Shown: piece after piece, positions 47,301 through 57,461 of the stretch
How positions within the stretch are numbered: the stretch's first letter is position 1
Layout of the letters: each line of letters opens with the position of its first letter
DNA from: Sminthopsis crassicaudata
Lineage: Eukaryota
Reading direction: 5' to 3'
Length of the DNA stretch: 64,000 nucleotides
Assembly: GCF_048593235.1 (NCBI RefSeq)
Contig: NC_133620.1
Span: forward strand, 452,567,261 to 452,631,260
Notes under the pieces: generated by a model
Database searches by the model: none
The model's input: the letters and a program-made list of their open reading frames with translations, nothing else
Told to the model about the DNA's origin: nothing
Made by a program: the position numbers and the translations under genes

Positions 47301-50300
47301 AAACACTCGGGGGAAACTGAGGCTCACTGAGATTAAACAACTGTGGAGCTAATTCAGTGCTAGACTTCAGAGCTCCAGATAATAAAAAGGCAATCCCAGG
47401 GCAAAAGCACTACCCCCGAGTGACTCCGTTATCACCGTGAAATGTTGTACGTTAGATCGAACAACTTCTATTTGTACTGAGCTTCAGTTTCTGAAATCGC
47501 TATATACTTTCTCTCACTTATGACCCTCATGCTGAGATCGGTAGTACAGGGATTTTAATGTCCATTTTATAGACAAGGAAACTAAGGCTGCTAAAGGCAA
47601 GGTCACACGTAGATGAAAGAGCATGGAACTTGGGCCCAGATCCTGGGACTTTTCCCCATCACATCTTGCCTGCTTTAGAAACTATTTCCTCCTTCTCCAA
47701 AAGCCACCATGAGGACCTCTCACACAGCGGAACCAACCTAGAACATGGGCCTAACTCAGCCCTCTGGTGGGGGGGAGGTGCGAGCACCCCCTGGGACGGG
47801 CAGTGACAAAGCTGAGCCTCACGTGGGACCACAGGTGCCGGTGACCCCCGGCTCTATCTCATCCTTTCAGCACTGTCTCCTTTGTCCTCCATCAAAGCTC
47901 TTCTCCTATAGCCTACCCGAGGTGAGCAACCACGGGTGCCCCCCAACACTGAAGTGCAGAGACTTAATAATAACCCTCCATCTGAGGAAACAGGACGCTG
48001 TTGGGAATGGGAAAACAGAGGCCACAATTCACCATTCATAGGATCCCAGGGCTAGATCATCTGGTCCCCCACACCTCCCATTCCCCTTCACTGTAGAGAG
48101 GAAGAAACTGAGACCCAGAGGCCTGAAGCCGCAAATCGAATAAGAAGTGATATTTGAACCTAAACACTAGTGGATCCGCTGCCAAGCCTGGAGCCAGGAA
48201 GACCCGAGACATTCACTAGTTGTGTCATTTAACCTGTTTGCCTCAGTTTCCTCATCTGTAAAATGAAAATAAAAATAGCATCTACCTCCCAGAGCTGTGA
48301 TTCTCTCACGAGTTAGTAATTGTAAAAAACATTAGCACAGCACATGGTAGGTGTTTAATAAATATTGGCAATCATCATCATCATCACAACCACCAATTGT
48401 GCTGCAAGTCCCATTCTTTTTCCACTTTCCAAGTCTCCAAACGCTAAACTAAAATGGAAAATGGGAGAGCCAAGACATGAACTAAACATTCAAGGAAAGA
48501 CCCTAATGGGCGACCACAGAGTTGAGAATGGAGAATAAATGAAGAGTACCACCTGAGCGACCTTGAGCCCCGAGTCTCTCTGGGCCTCAGTTTACTCATC
48601 TGTAAAATGAGGGGATGAGACCGGATGGCCTCTGAGGGCCCTTGTAGCTCTAGACAGCTTTGATTCTGTGATAAGACATAGCCAGAACCTGGTTCTGTTG
48701 GTTCTGTTTGTCGTCTCATCATGGAACCAAAGAATTGGGGAGCCAGAAGGAGGCTCAGAGATCAGAGACTGAAAGTTAGAATGGAGAGCAAAGAGAGAGC
48801 ATCTCATGCCCAGCCGTGCCTTCTGACTCCGAGTCCCCCAACCAACCCTGAGATCGGCCATATTGGGCACCGATGGCAGAGACGGAGCCGGTACCCAGTT
48901 GGGGCCCCAGCAAGGAGACTACTTTGCCTAGAACAATTCCGGAAGCCTGTGTTGTCAGGGACCTGATGTAACTATTGTGAGGCCCTTCCTAGCCCCGTCC
49001 TGGCCATTCAGAGGAGGACGTTAATCACCACCGATGAGAGCTCGAAAGTTTGCAAAGCTCTTTCTAGACATCATTGTGCACATTGCCAATTCCCAAGTCT
49101 TTGCACAGACTGTTCCCCATCCTCACCTCTAGACATCCTTAACTTCCTTCAAAGCCCAGTTAAAATGTCATGCGATGCTTTCTAGAGGAAAAGAAATGCC
49201 TCTGTTGCAGGGAGTCCTTTCTGAAACTGCTCGGTAAATATTTCAATCATTTCCTTATAGAATACAGGCTCCTTGAGGGCAAGAACTGCTTCAGATTTTT
49301 TTTGTTTGTTTTTGGTCTTTATGTCCCCAGCCCTTAACCACAGAGCAGGTGATCTAGCAGCCCAGTAAAGGCATTAACAGCCCTGGTTAATAGAGAAGGA
49401 AACAAGTTCTGAGAGTTTGAGAAGACCAGGGTTAGAGTTAACTAGTGCCTAAGCCAGAATTTAAACCTTTCTCCGGACTCTAAGCCCAGCTCCAATCGCT
49501 CTGCCAGGCTGCCTTTCCAGAAGAGCCACGAGCGGGGCAGAAGAGAGGCCTGAGGGCAGAGTCCCATGCCAACTTGGGGGTATCTCACCCACCAGAAAGA
49601 GACTAACCTCTGACACGAATGGGATCAGCAGAGGGTCCCACAGCTGGGCAACCGCAGAGACTCCATCACGGTGAGAGAGATTTCTCTAACCCTCAACAGA
49701 TACCACAGGATACTAGAAGGCCTCTCCTGACGCCCCTTTCTCAAAATGGTCACTGGAGCCGACATAGCAACACTGGGGACTCCCTGTGAAGAGGGCACAA
49801 GCTCCCCCATCTTTTCTGCCAGTCTCGAGAGGGCAAACTGGGCACCAGCTGCCCCTGCCTTCTGAGGTTTTCTGGACACTTCCCAGAGGGATCTGACATC
49901 CTAAGTGGGAATTGGGGGAGAGGCTACCTCTCTCCCAAATGGAAGAAGCCAGGGAGCGACCCTGGAGAAACCATAAATGTGGCCATTTAAACAATTTACC
50001 CCAAATTTACAGCTAAAGGAACTGAGGCCCAAGGAGATTACCTCTGACTATCAGGTCTCCTCCAGCCCTTATTCCAGCAGGCCCCCTCTGAACTTCCCTC
50101 CCCCCCACAGCAGAAGGAAAGGGCTTCTCTGCTCTGTCCCCTCATTTCCTCCTTGGGGACAAAGCAGGTGGGGGTGAAGAACTCCCACTCGGAACGGACC
50201 CCCAAGTCTGGGAGAAGGGGAAGTGCCCGCCAGTGGCAGCAGATGCGGAGCAGGAAGGCAGCTAGCCCTGGGGTCCTGTCAGAGATCTTAAGCTGCAAGG

Positions 50301-51632
50301 GACCTTCACTTTACAGAGAAGGAAGCTGAGCTCTGGAGTGGAAGACCCCAGAGTAAGAGGCTGAGGGGATTTGAACTCAGGTGGGATTTGAGTCCAGTGT
50401 CCTACATAGTAGCGCCCTCCCTCTACTTGTATTTACCCACAGAGGTCCCAAGGCCCCCGTGGCAGAGGGTGTGTCCTGTGCTCCTGCCTGGCATCTGACC
50501 CTGGGGTTTCCCACTTTCCTGACAACCTGGGGAGGAGAACCACCTCTCCAGGCCCAGCCGGCCCTCCTCCCCCACCCAGCAGGCTTTGTTTATGGGGCTG
50601 AGGAAGGCTTCCGTTTGGTCTGCCAGAGTAGGTGTGAGAGCCCTAACACCTCCAGAGGCCCAGGATTCAGTCAGCACCTTCTGAAAAGTTAGCGGCCCGG
50701 CCCCTGCGCGGCCCTCCTGCGGCTCCAGCCTGGGGAGAACAGGCCTGGGACAGGCCGGCCCCTAGACCAGCATCTCGGGCTAACTCCTGCCTTCTGGCGC
50801 CTGTGGTGAGAAATACCCAGGAGCCCAGGTGTGCGCGTCCCCGAGCACGGCGAGGGCCGACACCTGCGCACCCCTTTGCCCACAGATGCCCTCTGCAGCT
50901 ACCCGGCAGCCGGGGACGTGTGAGCAGCAGGTGTAAGACAGAAGGAGGCAGCCGAGACTCCATGACACAAACTAAGAACACACACTTCCACCCCCCTAAG
51001 GAAAAATCCTTCTCGCTTCCCCCACAGCCCTTCTGCCGCCTAGGAGCTGGAGGGGGGGATGCAGGGGGACTGGCACCCCCACTTGTACGCTGTCTGGGGG
51101 GCTGGGGGAAGGAGGGGTTAGCGAGGCTGCTCCCAGGGGCTGCTCCCCCAGACTGCCGAAGGAAGAAGGCGCCGGGAAACGTCCTTCCCGAAGCTCGGAC
51201 CCCGGGGGCCTGCGGGGGTGGGGGCGGGGCCGCAGCGGTGGAGGGGCTAGGGCCGGGATGACCCCTGACTGAACCGGGCACGAAGGGCGGCCCCGCCGCG
51301 CACGCTGCGCCCGGGCTGCGGGTTCCCCCCCTCCCCTCGGAGCCCGGGCCCCCGTGCACCCCCTTGCCCCTCCCAAGGACACCTGGCTCTGCAGTGGCTG
51401 CCGAGGCCGCAGCCCCCAGCCTCCCGCCCGCCCAGAGGCGGGGATGGGAGGGGGCCCGCCGCCCGGCCAGGGGGGCTCGGCGCCTCCCGGCTCCCGGCCC
51501 CGTCCCGCCCCCGGCCTCGGGCGCTGCCGCGTCGGCCTCCTCCCCCAGGCCCCGGTGCCCGCCCCCGGCCCGGGCCTTACCCGGGGCGCTGCAGTCCGCA
51601 CACACCTCGGCCCGCGGCCCCTTCCGGGACAT
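27374..51632 (-). CDS. GIT1: GIT1, ARF GTPase-activating protein GIT1; 21 coding exons, 2313 nt, 770 aa (761 aa without the 27-nt microexon)
   Basis: ArfGAP zinc finger CADC...CDECCSVHRSLGRHIS, ankyrin repeats (GTTPLHVAAKAG), Spa2-homology repeats (LSNRLFEELAMDVYDEVDRRE; KLARFNAREFATLIIDIL), coiled coil and C-terminal paxillin-binding region ending TITTREKKQ*. All splice phases close. Confidence 0.98.
27707..27770 (-). CDS. GIT1: GIT1 exon 20
   Basis: tcccag|FVPCSEKIHLAVTEMASLFPK|gtaggg. Confidence 0.96.
28071..28253 (-). CDS. GIT1: GIT1 exon 19
   Basis: ctctag|LEGKRFLDLG...QEFKHD-S|gtaccc. Confidence 0.95.
28501..28574 (-). CDS. GIT1: GIT1 exon 18
   Basis: ctccag|SKLSRHGSGADSDYDNTQSGEPLL-G|gtgagc. 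Confidence 0.95.
28696..28782 (-). CDS. GIT1: GIT1 exon 17
   Basis: ttccag|IRKGVSASS...GGRHM|gtaatg. Confidence 0.95.
29022..29075 (-). CDS. GIT1: GIT1 exon 16
   Basis: ccgcag|ELEDDSVYSVHVPASLYR|gtaagt. Confidence 0.95.
29148..29378 (-). CDS. GIT1: GIT1 exon 15
   Basis: ccccag|IHKLQSEN...LQPFHGS|gtgagt. Confidence 0.95.
29467..29619 (-). CDS. GIT1: GIT1 exon 14 (coiled coil)
   Basis: ccccag|SMDSSDLSEG...RRLQRE|gtcagg. Confidence 0.96.
29858..29991 (-). CDS. GIT1: GIT1 exon 13
   Basis: cctcag|DNLDYSQRSQSDVDDQHDYDSVASDED...NNRAR|gtgcgt. Confidence 0.95.
30193..30304 (-). CDS. GIT1: GIT1 exon 12
   Basis: tggcag|GRQKLARFN...KSLSSPT|gtgggc. Confidence 0.96.
30641..30738 (-). CDS. GIT1: GIT1 exon 11
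   Basis: cccccag|VWLATQNHST...SATRNQ|gtgaag. Confidence 0.96.
31436..31508 (-). CDS. GIT1: GIT1 exon 10
   Basis: cctacag|LSNRLFEELAMDVYDEVDRRENDA|gtgggc. Confidence 0.96.
31917..31965 (-). CDS. GIT1: GIT1 exon 9
   Basis: cgcgaag|LDLSELAKAAKKKLQA|gtgagt (uncommon AAG acceptor). Confidence 0.93.
32187..32213 (-). CDS. GIT1: GIT1 exon 8, 27-nt alternative microexon (RSRQKCMSQS junction)
   Basis: gacttag|A TCT CGC CAA AAG TGC ATG TCT CAG AG|gtattg; matches the known 9-aa insert of the long GIT1 isoform. Confidence 0.9.
32307..32344. repeat. (CA)19 microsatellite, read as (UG)19 in GIT1 pre-mRNA
   Basis: Perfect dinucleotide run about 95 nt upstream of the microexon acceptor. Confidence 0.95.
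34186..34228 (-). CDS. GIT1: GIT1 exon 7
   Basis: gctcag|DHKNGHYIIPQMAD-AG|gtgagt. Confidence 0.96.
34631..34725 (-). CDS. GIT1: GIT1 exon 6
   Basis: ctgcag|QAGHQELAERL...CGRKP|gtgagt. Confidence 0.96.
34844..35061 (-). CDS. GIT1: GIT1 exon 5 (ankyrin repeats)
   Basis: gggcag|QLHSSVRTGNL...PIDYA-R|gtgagt. Confidence 0.96.
35453..35558 (-). CDS. GIT1: GIT1 exon 4
   Basis: ccccag|PIKSEFIRAKY...KDLSK|gtgagg. Confidence 0.96.
35768..35880 (-). CDS. GIT1: GIT1 exon 3
   Basis: ctccag|MVHTLASNG...PQDKV-H|gtgagt. Confidence 0.96.
36334..36467 (-). CDS. GIT1: GIT1 exon 2
   Basis: ccctag|DPGWASINRG...PPTLLQ|gtaagc. Confidence 0.97.
39471..39696. repeat. 66-bp minisatellite, 3 full units plus a 28-bp partial, in GIT1 intron 1
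   Basis: Unit gtgctaggcactgtgctcagatctggggcataactgacagacaggcacctattagagacctactgt starts at 39471, 39537, 39603 and 39669. Confidence 0.95.
40662..42215 (+). mobile_element. Degenerate L1 3' fragment (ORF2 C-terminal region plus 3' UTR and A-rich tail), interrupted by a SINE; approximate bounds
   Basis: Translates to L1 ORF2-like LTPYAKIRSKW (40736-40768) and HMKKCSKS/LLIREMQI; A-rich end near 42165-42210. Confidence 0.85.
41158..41303 (-). mobile_element. Marsupial CORE-SINE nested in the L1 fragment
   Basis: Reverse-strand SINE with A and B boxes, flanked by TSD taaatcact at 41149-41157 and 41304-41312. Confidence 0.92.
43125..43320 (-). mobile_element. Old L1 3'-end fragment, approximate bounds
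   Basis: gctttttatttttccaaatacatgcaaaaatagttttc...ttctccctgctcttccctcctc resembles the reversed L1 tail at 10917. Confidence 0.6.
43438..44035 (+). mobile_element. Young 5'-truncated L1 insertion (598 bp) with A19 tail
   Basis: Perfect 16-bp TSD aagaaactttggccta at 43422-43437 and 44036-44051; uninterrupted ORF2 C-terminus MFVAALFVVARSWK...YEDVC* ending at 43690. Confidence 0.95.
44360..44406 (+). mobile_element. L2 3'-end relic
   Basis: tttagcactgtctggcacacagtgagcacttaataaatgcttg is the characteristic L2 tail. Confidence 0.7.
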
Positions 51633-52350
51633 CCTCAGCGGCGAGGCGGCCGCAGCCCTCTGGGCCAGCGTGGGGGGCGCGCGGGGCTGTGGGGGGCCCG
51701 GGCGGGGGCGTCGGCCGCAGGCAGGGGGTCCCCGAGGCCGCCGCCGCCGAGGCTGAGGCTGCTGCCGCCCGGGCTCTCGCGGCGCCCGCGGCCACTGCTG
51801 CTGCTGAGGTTGCGGCGGCCGCGGCGGTGGCGGCGGCGGCGGCCGCTCCCCGCCGCGCGTCCGCCCTCTCGGGGCCCCGGCCGCCGGCGCTCAGATCGCC
51901 CCCCGGGCCGTGCTCTCCGGCCGCCCCTCCGCGCGCTCCTCGGCTCGGCCCGCCCGGCTCGAATCGGCTCCGCTCGGCCCGGCCCGGCCCCTGGCTCTCC
52001 GCAGGCTGCTCAGCTCGCTCTCAGCTGCTCCTGCAGGAAGCGACGCAGGCCCGGCCCACCGGGGGAGGGGCCCGCGCGCCTCCCGACCCCCAGCCCGGGT
52101 CCGGACACGCCCCGCTCCCAGCTGGAGAAAGGAAATGGGAAGGAGCACAGGAAGAGGCGCGAGGTGCGGGAGGAGGGGGGGGGGCTTTAAAGGGCCAGGA
52201 GGGCCGGGCTCTTCCCGCCCCCGACGCCCCAACCCAGCCCCGGGGACCTCCCACTGCCCAGTCTTCTCCCATCCTGAATAGAGCGGGGAGACTTTGCCTG
52301 GGCTCTGGGCCGCCGGCTCGCCTCGGGTCCTGGCCTCTTGCCTCAGTTTC
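50650..52350. promoter_or_regulatory. GIT1 promoter and exon 1 CpG island, with GCN-repeat-rich 5' UTR
   Basis: Extreme CpG density around the ATG at 51632; (GCC/GCG/GCT)n runs at 51737-51845. Confidence 0.85.
51581..51632 (-). CDS. GIT1: GIT1 coding exon 1
   Basis: MSRKGPRAEVCADCSAP-G|gtaagg. Confidence 0.97.
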
Positions 52351-54949
52351 CCCTTCCTGCCCCCAAAACGAGGGCAGGGCGGAGCTGGTGGTGAGTCACC
52401 CGCTCCAGTTCCTCTTCCAGCCGCGGAAGCTGGAGGAAGAAGGGGAGCACTGGGGGCTGGCGGTGAAGGAAAATGGGCAAAGGTGGGAGGTTAAGTGGGC
52501 TCGCTGACCTCCTCGCGGACGTTTATTTTTGTCTGTAAATACGCCAGTTTAGGGGTGACCTCGCAAGCCGCCCCACCCTGGAGAGGAGGCCGAAGAATGT
52601 CGGGGGAGAGGCGGCCTTTCTCTGAGTGAGGGTGACCAGTCCGTGGGGGTTGGGGGAGGAGGGACGGGCCAAGAGCTCTACAGTCGAATCCCTCCGTGAT
52701 CCTCGGAGCACTGTCTGTCTAGCACATCTCGGGTCCTCACGCGGGTGTCTGCGTTGGGGAGAACGTGCTATATATGCATGGAGGGGGCACACGTCCCCGC
52801 AGGGTGCACCCACGCTTGGGTGAGGGGGGGCAACGATGCCATCTTGATGGAGAGCGAGTCGGCAACTGTGGGCTCAAGCTTTCCTTCTGACACCCTCTGG
52901 CTGGGTGACCCCGAGCCCCAGACAACGCCCTAATTCCATAAAATGCGCTGCTTTTCTTCCTGGGGTCCCTCCTAGTTCCCAACATCTGGCTTAGCTTGAC
53001 GCAGGAAGTCCGGATCCCTTAATTTCCCATATAGTGGGGGAAGGGCAGCTGAACACCCAGGTGAGGAATATAGATCAAGTTTCGTGAAGAAAGAAACTCA
53101 CTCCCCCAAACTTTGTTTCCCCACCCCCACCTAGCTAGCACTCAAAAAAGCCAGAGGGCGCGGAGTGAGTCATTTTTATCCATATTGTGCCTTATTATTA
53201 TATACATTAGCTATGTGACCTTGAGCAAATCACCTCCCGGTTTCCTCTGTCAGATTTATCACTTCCAAGGTCCCTTGCAGCTCTCTCTCATCCTATGTAT
53301 TATAGAGCTATATATTCTCTCCCCATATTCTCCTTCTGTTGGTATTGAACTGAATTAAAGCGTTGACTTCCAGGGTGCCAGAGAGGTCACCCGCTGCTTC
53401 CGGGCAAGGCCACACCTAAACTCCTGCTCCCCGTGGCTAAGAATCTAGCCCACTTCTGAAGCGGTCTGGAGGCGGAGACGTGTCTGTATGTGTAAACACG
53501 CCCGCCTACTGCTGTAGGTACTGTGGTGTGTTTTGGCATGTACCCATTTATCTATTTCTGCAGGGGAGGAGCCCAGTATACCTGCAGCCCCGGTGTGGGT
53601 GTGTGGGTGTAAATGCACAGGTACCCCAGCATTATTTTGGGGGGATGGATTCTCTTTGCAGGTCAGTAGCGGAAATTTTGTGGGGGAAGCATTGGGAAGC
53701 TCAGAACCTGTGGCCCCGGGCTGCACACGTACACTGTGTGCGTGTGTGCATTGTGTATATGTGTCTGACAGCACAAAATGCCCCCCTCTCTGCCTGTCCC
53801 GGCGCCCCCAGCCCCCCTCTCCCCCCTTTCCATTTTGGCTCTGTCTCTGGGAAGGGTGGGAAAGCTGTGGGGAGGGGAAGGTGTCAGAAGCCATTCCAGT
53901 GGCGGAAAGGTTGCAGGTGGATGTCTAGACAAAAAGGGGATTCTACTTGGCAACAAGAGATTGGCTTCCATGGGAGAGGTGCCAGAGATGCTCGTGGCAG
54001 GGGCTTGTGGGTGGGCTGACTCGCTCCCTCGGAGACAGCAGCAGCCCGTGAGTCACGGTGCCCCAAATCCAGGGAGACCGGTCTCCTTCCACTTATTTCT
54101 ACCCGGATTGACAAGTTTGTTTGAAAGTGTGTGGCCACTGGGAGTATTTATAATCACACCAAAGGGAAGGAAAATGCCAGCTTGGAGCATTCTCTGCCTG
54201 CTTTGCTCCCTCCCCCAATGCGGTCTCTGTCAGGCCGTTTATCACCTGAGTTAGCTGTGGGTGAGCTGGCTGGCTCCCTCTTCTCCTGGAGGAGCCTCAC
54301 CTGCCAACCGCTGCCGCCCCCTCCCCCCAGGGACCTTCTCCTCGTCACCCTGGCGAGGCCGGGATGCTGAGATGGGCTCCCCCTCCCCTCCCCCTCCTCT
54401 GTAGTCCTCCAGCCTCCTGGTGAGTGAATGCATGTGGAATGAAGGCTGGGGGTGGGAGCTGGCGCTGGAGCTTCAGTCCTCAGCGATGGAATTTCATTTA
54501 TTAAATGTCTGCTCGGCTCTCAGCTGCCGGGGCTGTTTGTCTTTGTTTCTCGGGCTGTGTGGGTGAGTTGGAGAGCACGTGGCCGCCCGCACTGGCAGAC
54601 GAGAAGGAGCGCAGACAGGTGCCCGGCGGCCCCCCTCAATCTCTCGGTTGGGCTCCGTCTCTGGGGTGAGGAGGGGAGGGCGTCCCCAGAACCAGGATGA
54701 ACCGACTCCGGGGGAACCTCTAAGCAGACGGGGCGGGGACAGAGCCCAGAGCCATGGATCTAGAGCTGAGGCGTTTGAGGCGCTCTAGTCCAGACACGGC
54801 ATCAGAAGCTGGATTTGAATCCAGGCTTTCCTGACTCCGACCCTCAGTCTAACCCCCGCAACCCCGCCATGTTCTCCCTCCCCAAAATGCGCAGAAATCT
54901 GGGGAGGGGGCTCGTTTAACTAAAAAAAACATTTATGAATAGTGGAAGT

Positions 54950-55820
54950 CACTGAACCAAAAGTCAAAAGCAAGCCCTGCCCTTAAGGGGCTTACAGTTT
55001 CTTGGGGGGATCCTGCGGACGCCGCGGTTTTCCGAGACCTATTGTGTGGTAAAAGGCGGCAGCCGTCCGCGTCCCCACGGGACTACGTTCTGCCGGAAGG
55101 ACTGGCGCCCACGGATACAAAGTATCCAGAGTCAATACAAAGTGATCGGGAGGCTGGGGCGTTATCGGACATTCGGGAGCACGTGACGTCCGCGAATCTC
55201 GGGCCACTGAGGCTTGAAGGAAGCCGCGTCCTCCGCCCGGGTCTCGCCATGTCACGAGGAAGCGCCCAGAAGCCCCCTCCCCTCAGCCACGCTTGCAGGA
55301 CAGGGACGCTTAGGTTCCAGGGACAACCCTCTGCTGACCCCTTGTGGTGGAGGCGGGGCGCGCACGCCCGCGCTCCCAAGGCCGGCTCTTCCGCAGAGGA
55401 TGGGGCGCGAACTGCTCCCTCCTTCCCCCTAGTGGCGGACATCCCGTGCTCCGGAAGGCTCCCGAAGGGGCTGGGGGGGGGGGGGGCGGGGCGGTGAGGA
55501 ACAGCCAGGGAGAGAGGGTGGGAAGGACGAGGATGTCATTTTCTATCAAGCCCCTCCTCGCTTTGAATGGGCTGCGGAACATGGGGACGATTTGTCCGTC
55601 CCGGGAAGTCTGACGAAACTGCAAGGCTTGTTTTGTGACTCCCCGAGTGTGCGAGCTGAGAGAAGGCGAGCGAAGCTTCCCCAGGTCCCCGCTGTGTGGC
55701 GGGCGGTTAACCACGCGCGCTGATTGTCCGAGCCCCGGCTCGTCTCTAACCCCCCCACCCCCGGTCAGCCGGGCCGGATCCCCGTGCGCCCCGGAGCTTG
55801 CTCGCCTTCCCCAGGCGGCC
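54950..55820. promoter_or_regulatory. Separate CpG island between GIT1 and ANKRD13B with promoter motifs
   Basis: CCGGAAG (ETS-type) at 55093-55099 and 55451-55457; CACGTGAC overlapping TGACGTC at 55180-55190; CGCCAT near 55246; CCCCTAGTGG (CTCF-core-like) at 55426-55435. Confidence 0.6.
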
Positions 55821-56539
55821 TGGCCGTCTGACCTGGGACATTCACAGCCTCCTTGGATCCCCCTTATCTCACTAGTAAACTGTGGGGCTTGAACTTTCTA
55901 ATCTTCCAATTCCTGTACAAGGCGGTTTTTTTTTTTTTTTTTTTTGACTAGTACTAAGTGTGACTTAAGATGTTCCCCCACGTCTCGGTTACTGGGGCTC
56001 CGTTAGCATCAGTTTAGGCTCAGGGCAGGTACAGAGAAAAAGGTTGGATTTAGGAGAAGAAACTGCCACCATCAAAGCAAGCGGGCTCCTTCTCTGCTCC
56101 TCGGGGTTCTAGAAGGCTGCCTAAAGCACTGAGGGTGCCGAGTTCGCCCAGGGCCAGGCGGCCGCAAATGTCTCCGGCAGAATTTGAACCCGGGACTGGA
56201 GACTCACTATGTCCCACGATCTCAGCAGGCTCAGAATTACTGATGAAGACTCGGGTTTGGGGTCTCCTAAACCTTCCTTTCAGGAAGGAAAGTGTTGTTT
56301 GCCCCCAAGGAGGGGAAAGTGGGGGCGGCAGTCTCATACGGAGATGTTCTGGAATATTGGACCGATTCTGGGGCCCCACCTTAGTTTGTCCGTCCCCGGG
56401 GTAGGCCGAGAACTCCAGCCCCACTCTGTGGCAAGGCTTTAGAAGGGAAGGGATGAGAGGCTGGCAAGGTAGGGATACCCTGCCCCTTCCCACCCCCCAC
56501 CCCCCGACACCTGCCACTTCTGGAGCTTGGGGGGTGCAG

Positions 56540-56559
56540 ACTACAACTCCCATGATGCA
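56540..56559 (+). promoter_or_regulatory. ZNF143/THAP11-type motif ACTACAACTCCCATGATGCA
   Basis: Close match to the ACTACAnnTCCCA promoter motif, which is enriched at bidirectional promoters; about 800 bp upstream of the ANKRD13B ATG. Confidence 0.65.
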
Positions 56560-56945
56560 GCGAGACCTCGGACTCCCGGCCCTGACCGGCTGTGCCTTCC
56601 GCACCAGGGTCTCCCTCCCTCCTCACCCACACCCCGGGGTTCCCCGGTCCCCTGCTGCCTTTGGGAAGGGGTGAGGAAGGGGCTGGCTTTTGCGCTGGCC
56701 ATGCCAAGCGGAGGCGTGCGCCTGGGAGAAGCGAGGGGCTGCTCTTTCCCCTGCCCGCTGGGATGCCTCCGGTGCCCACCAGGGCCGAGCCCCCCGCTTG
56801 CCTTCTTCCTCCTCCTTCTCCAGGCGCCTGATCCTTCTCTCCCCTCCTCCCTCCTTGTAGCGCTGCCTTTGTGTACAGGGGTGTGGGAGGAGAGGCAAAG
56901 AAATCAAACAGCGCTGCCTAGTGCTGGTAACCCGGGGCTCAGGCT

Positions 56946-57112
56946 TTTCCTCCTCCTCATCTCCTCCTCATCTCCTCCTCCTCCATCCCCTCCTCCTTCT
57001 CCTCCTCATCTCCTTTACCTCCTCCCCCTCCTCCTCCTCCTCCTCCTTCTCCGTTCTTCCTCCTCGTCCTCCTCCTCCTCCCCCTCCGTGCCTCCTCCTC
57101 TCCCCTCCTCTC
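56946..57112. repeat. Degenerate (CCT)n polypyrimidine tract
   Basis: About 165 nt that is almost all C/T on the plus strand. Confidence 0.9.
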
Positions 57113-57353
57113 GGGGACGCTGGGAACCCGCTCCCCCGCCCCCCGCCTCGCCGCCGCCGTGCCCCCCTCCGCCGCCTCCGCCGACGCCAGCTCGCCAGCC
57201 CGCCTGCCTCCCCAGGCACATGCCCGTGCAGCTGCCCGTCGCCGGGCTTCCCGAGCAGGCTCCGCCGCCGGCCCTGCCCCCGCAGCCCCCCGTGCGTGTC
57301 CCCGTCCCCCCAGCCCGGGCCGGGAGAGGCGGCCCCGGCATGCGGAGGGCACG

Positions 57354-57461
57354 ATGATCGCGTCCGCCGCCAGGAAGGGGCCGGAGGGCAGATACCCGCT
57401 GCACTACCTGGTCTGGCACAACCGCTACCGAGAGCTGGAGAGAGAAGTCCGCGGCGGCCAG
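57354..57461 (+). CDS. ANKRD13B: ANKRD13B coding exon 1 (36 codons); remaining exons lie beyond the window
   Basis: MIASAARKGPEGRYPLHYLVWHNRYRELEREVRGGQ|gtgggt matches the ANKRD13B N-terminus; head-to-head with GIT1 as in other mammals. Confidence 0.93.

Noticed and set aside
46816-47301. ORF starting MAPRKKGKEK, reminiscent of the RPS14 N-terminus
   Set aside because: Similarity stops after about 9 residues; no poly(A) or TSD to indicate a retrocopy.
54073-54086. 14-bp perfect palindrome GGAGACCGGTCTCC
   Set aside because: Several are expected by chance in 64 kb.
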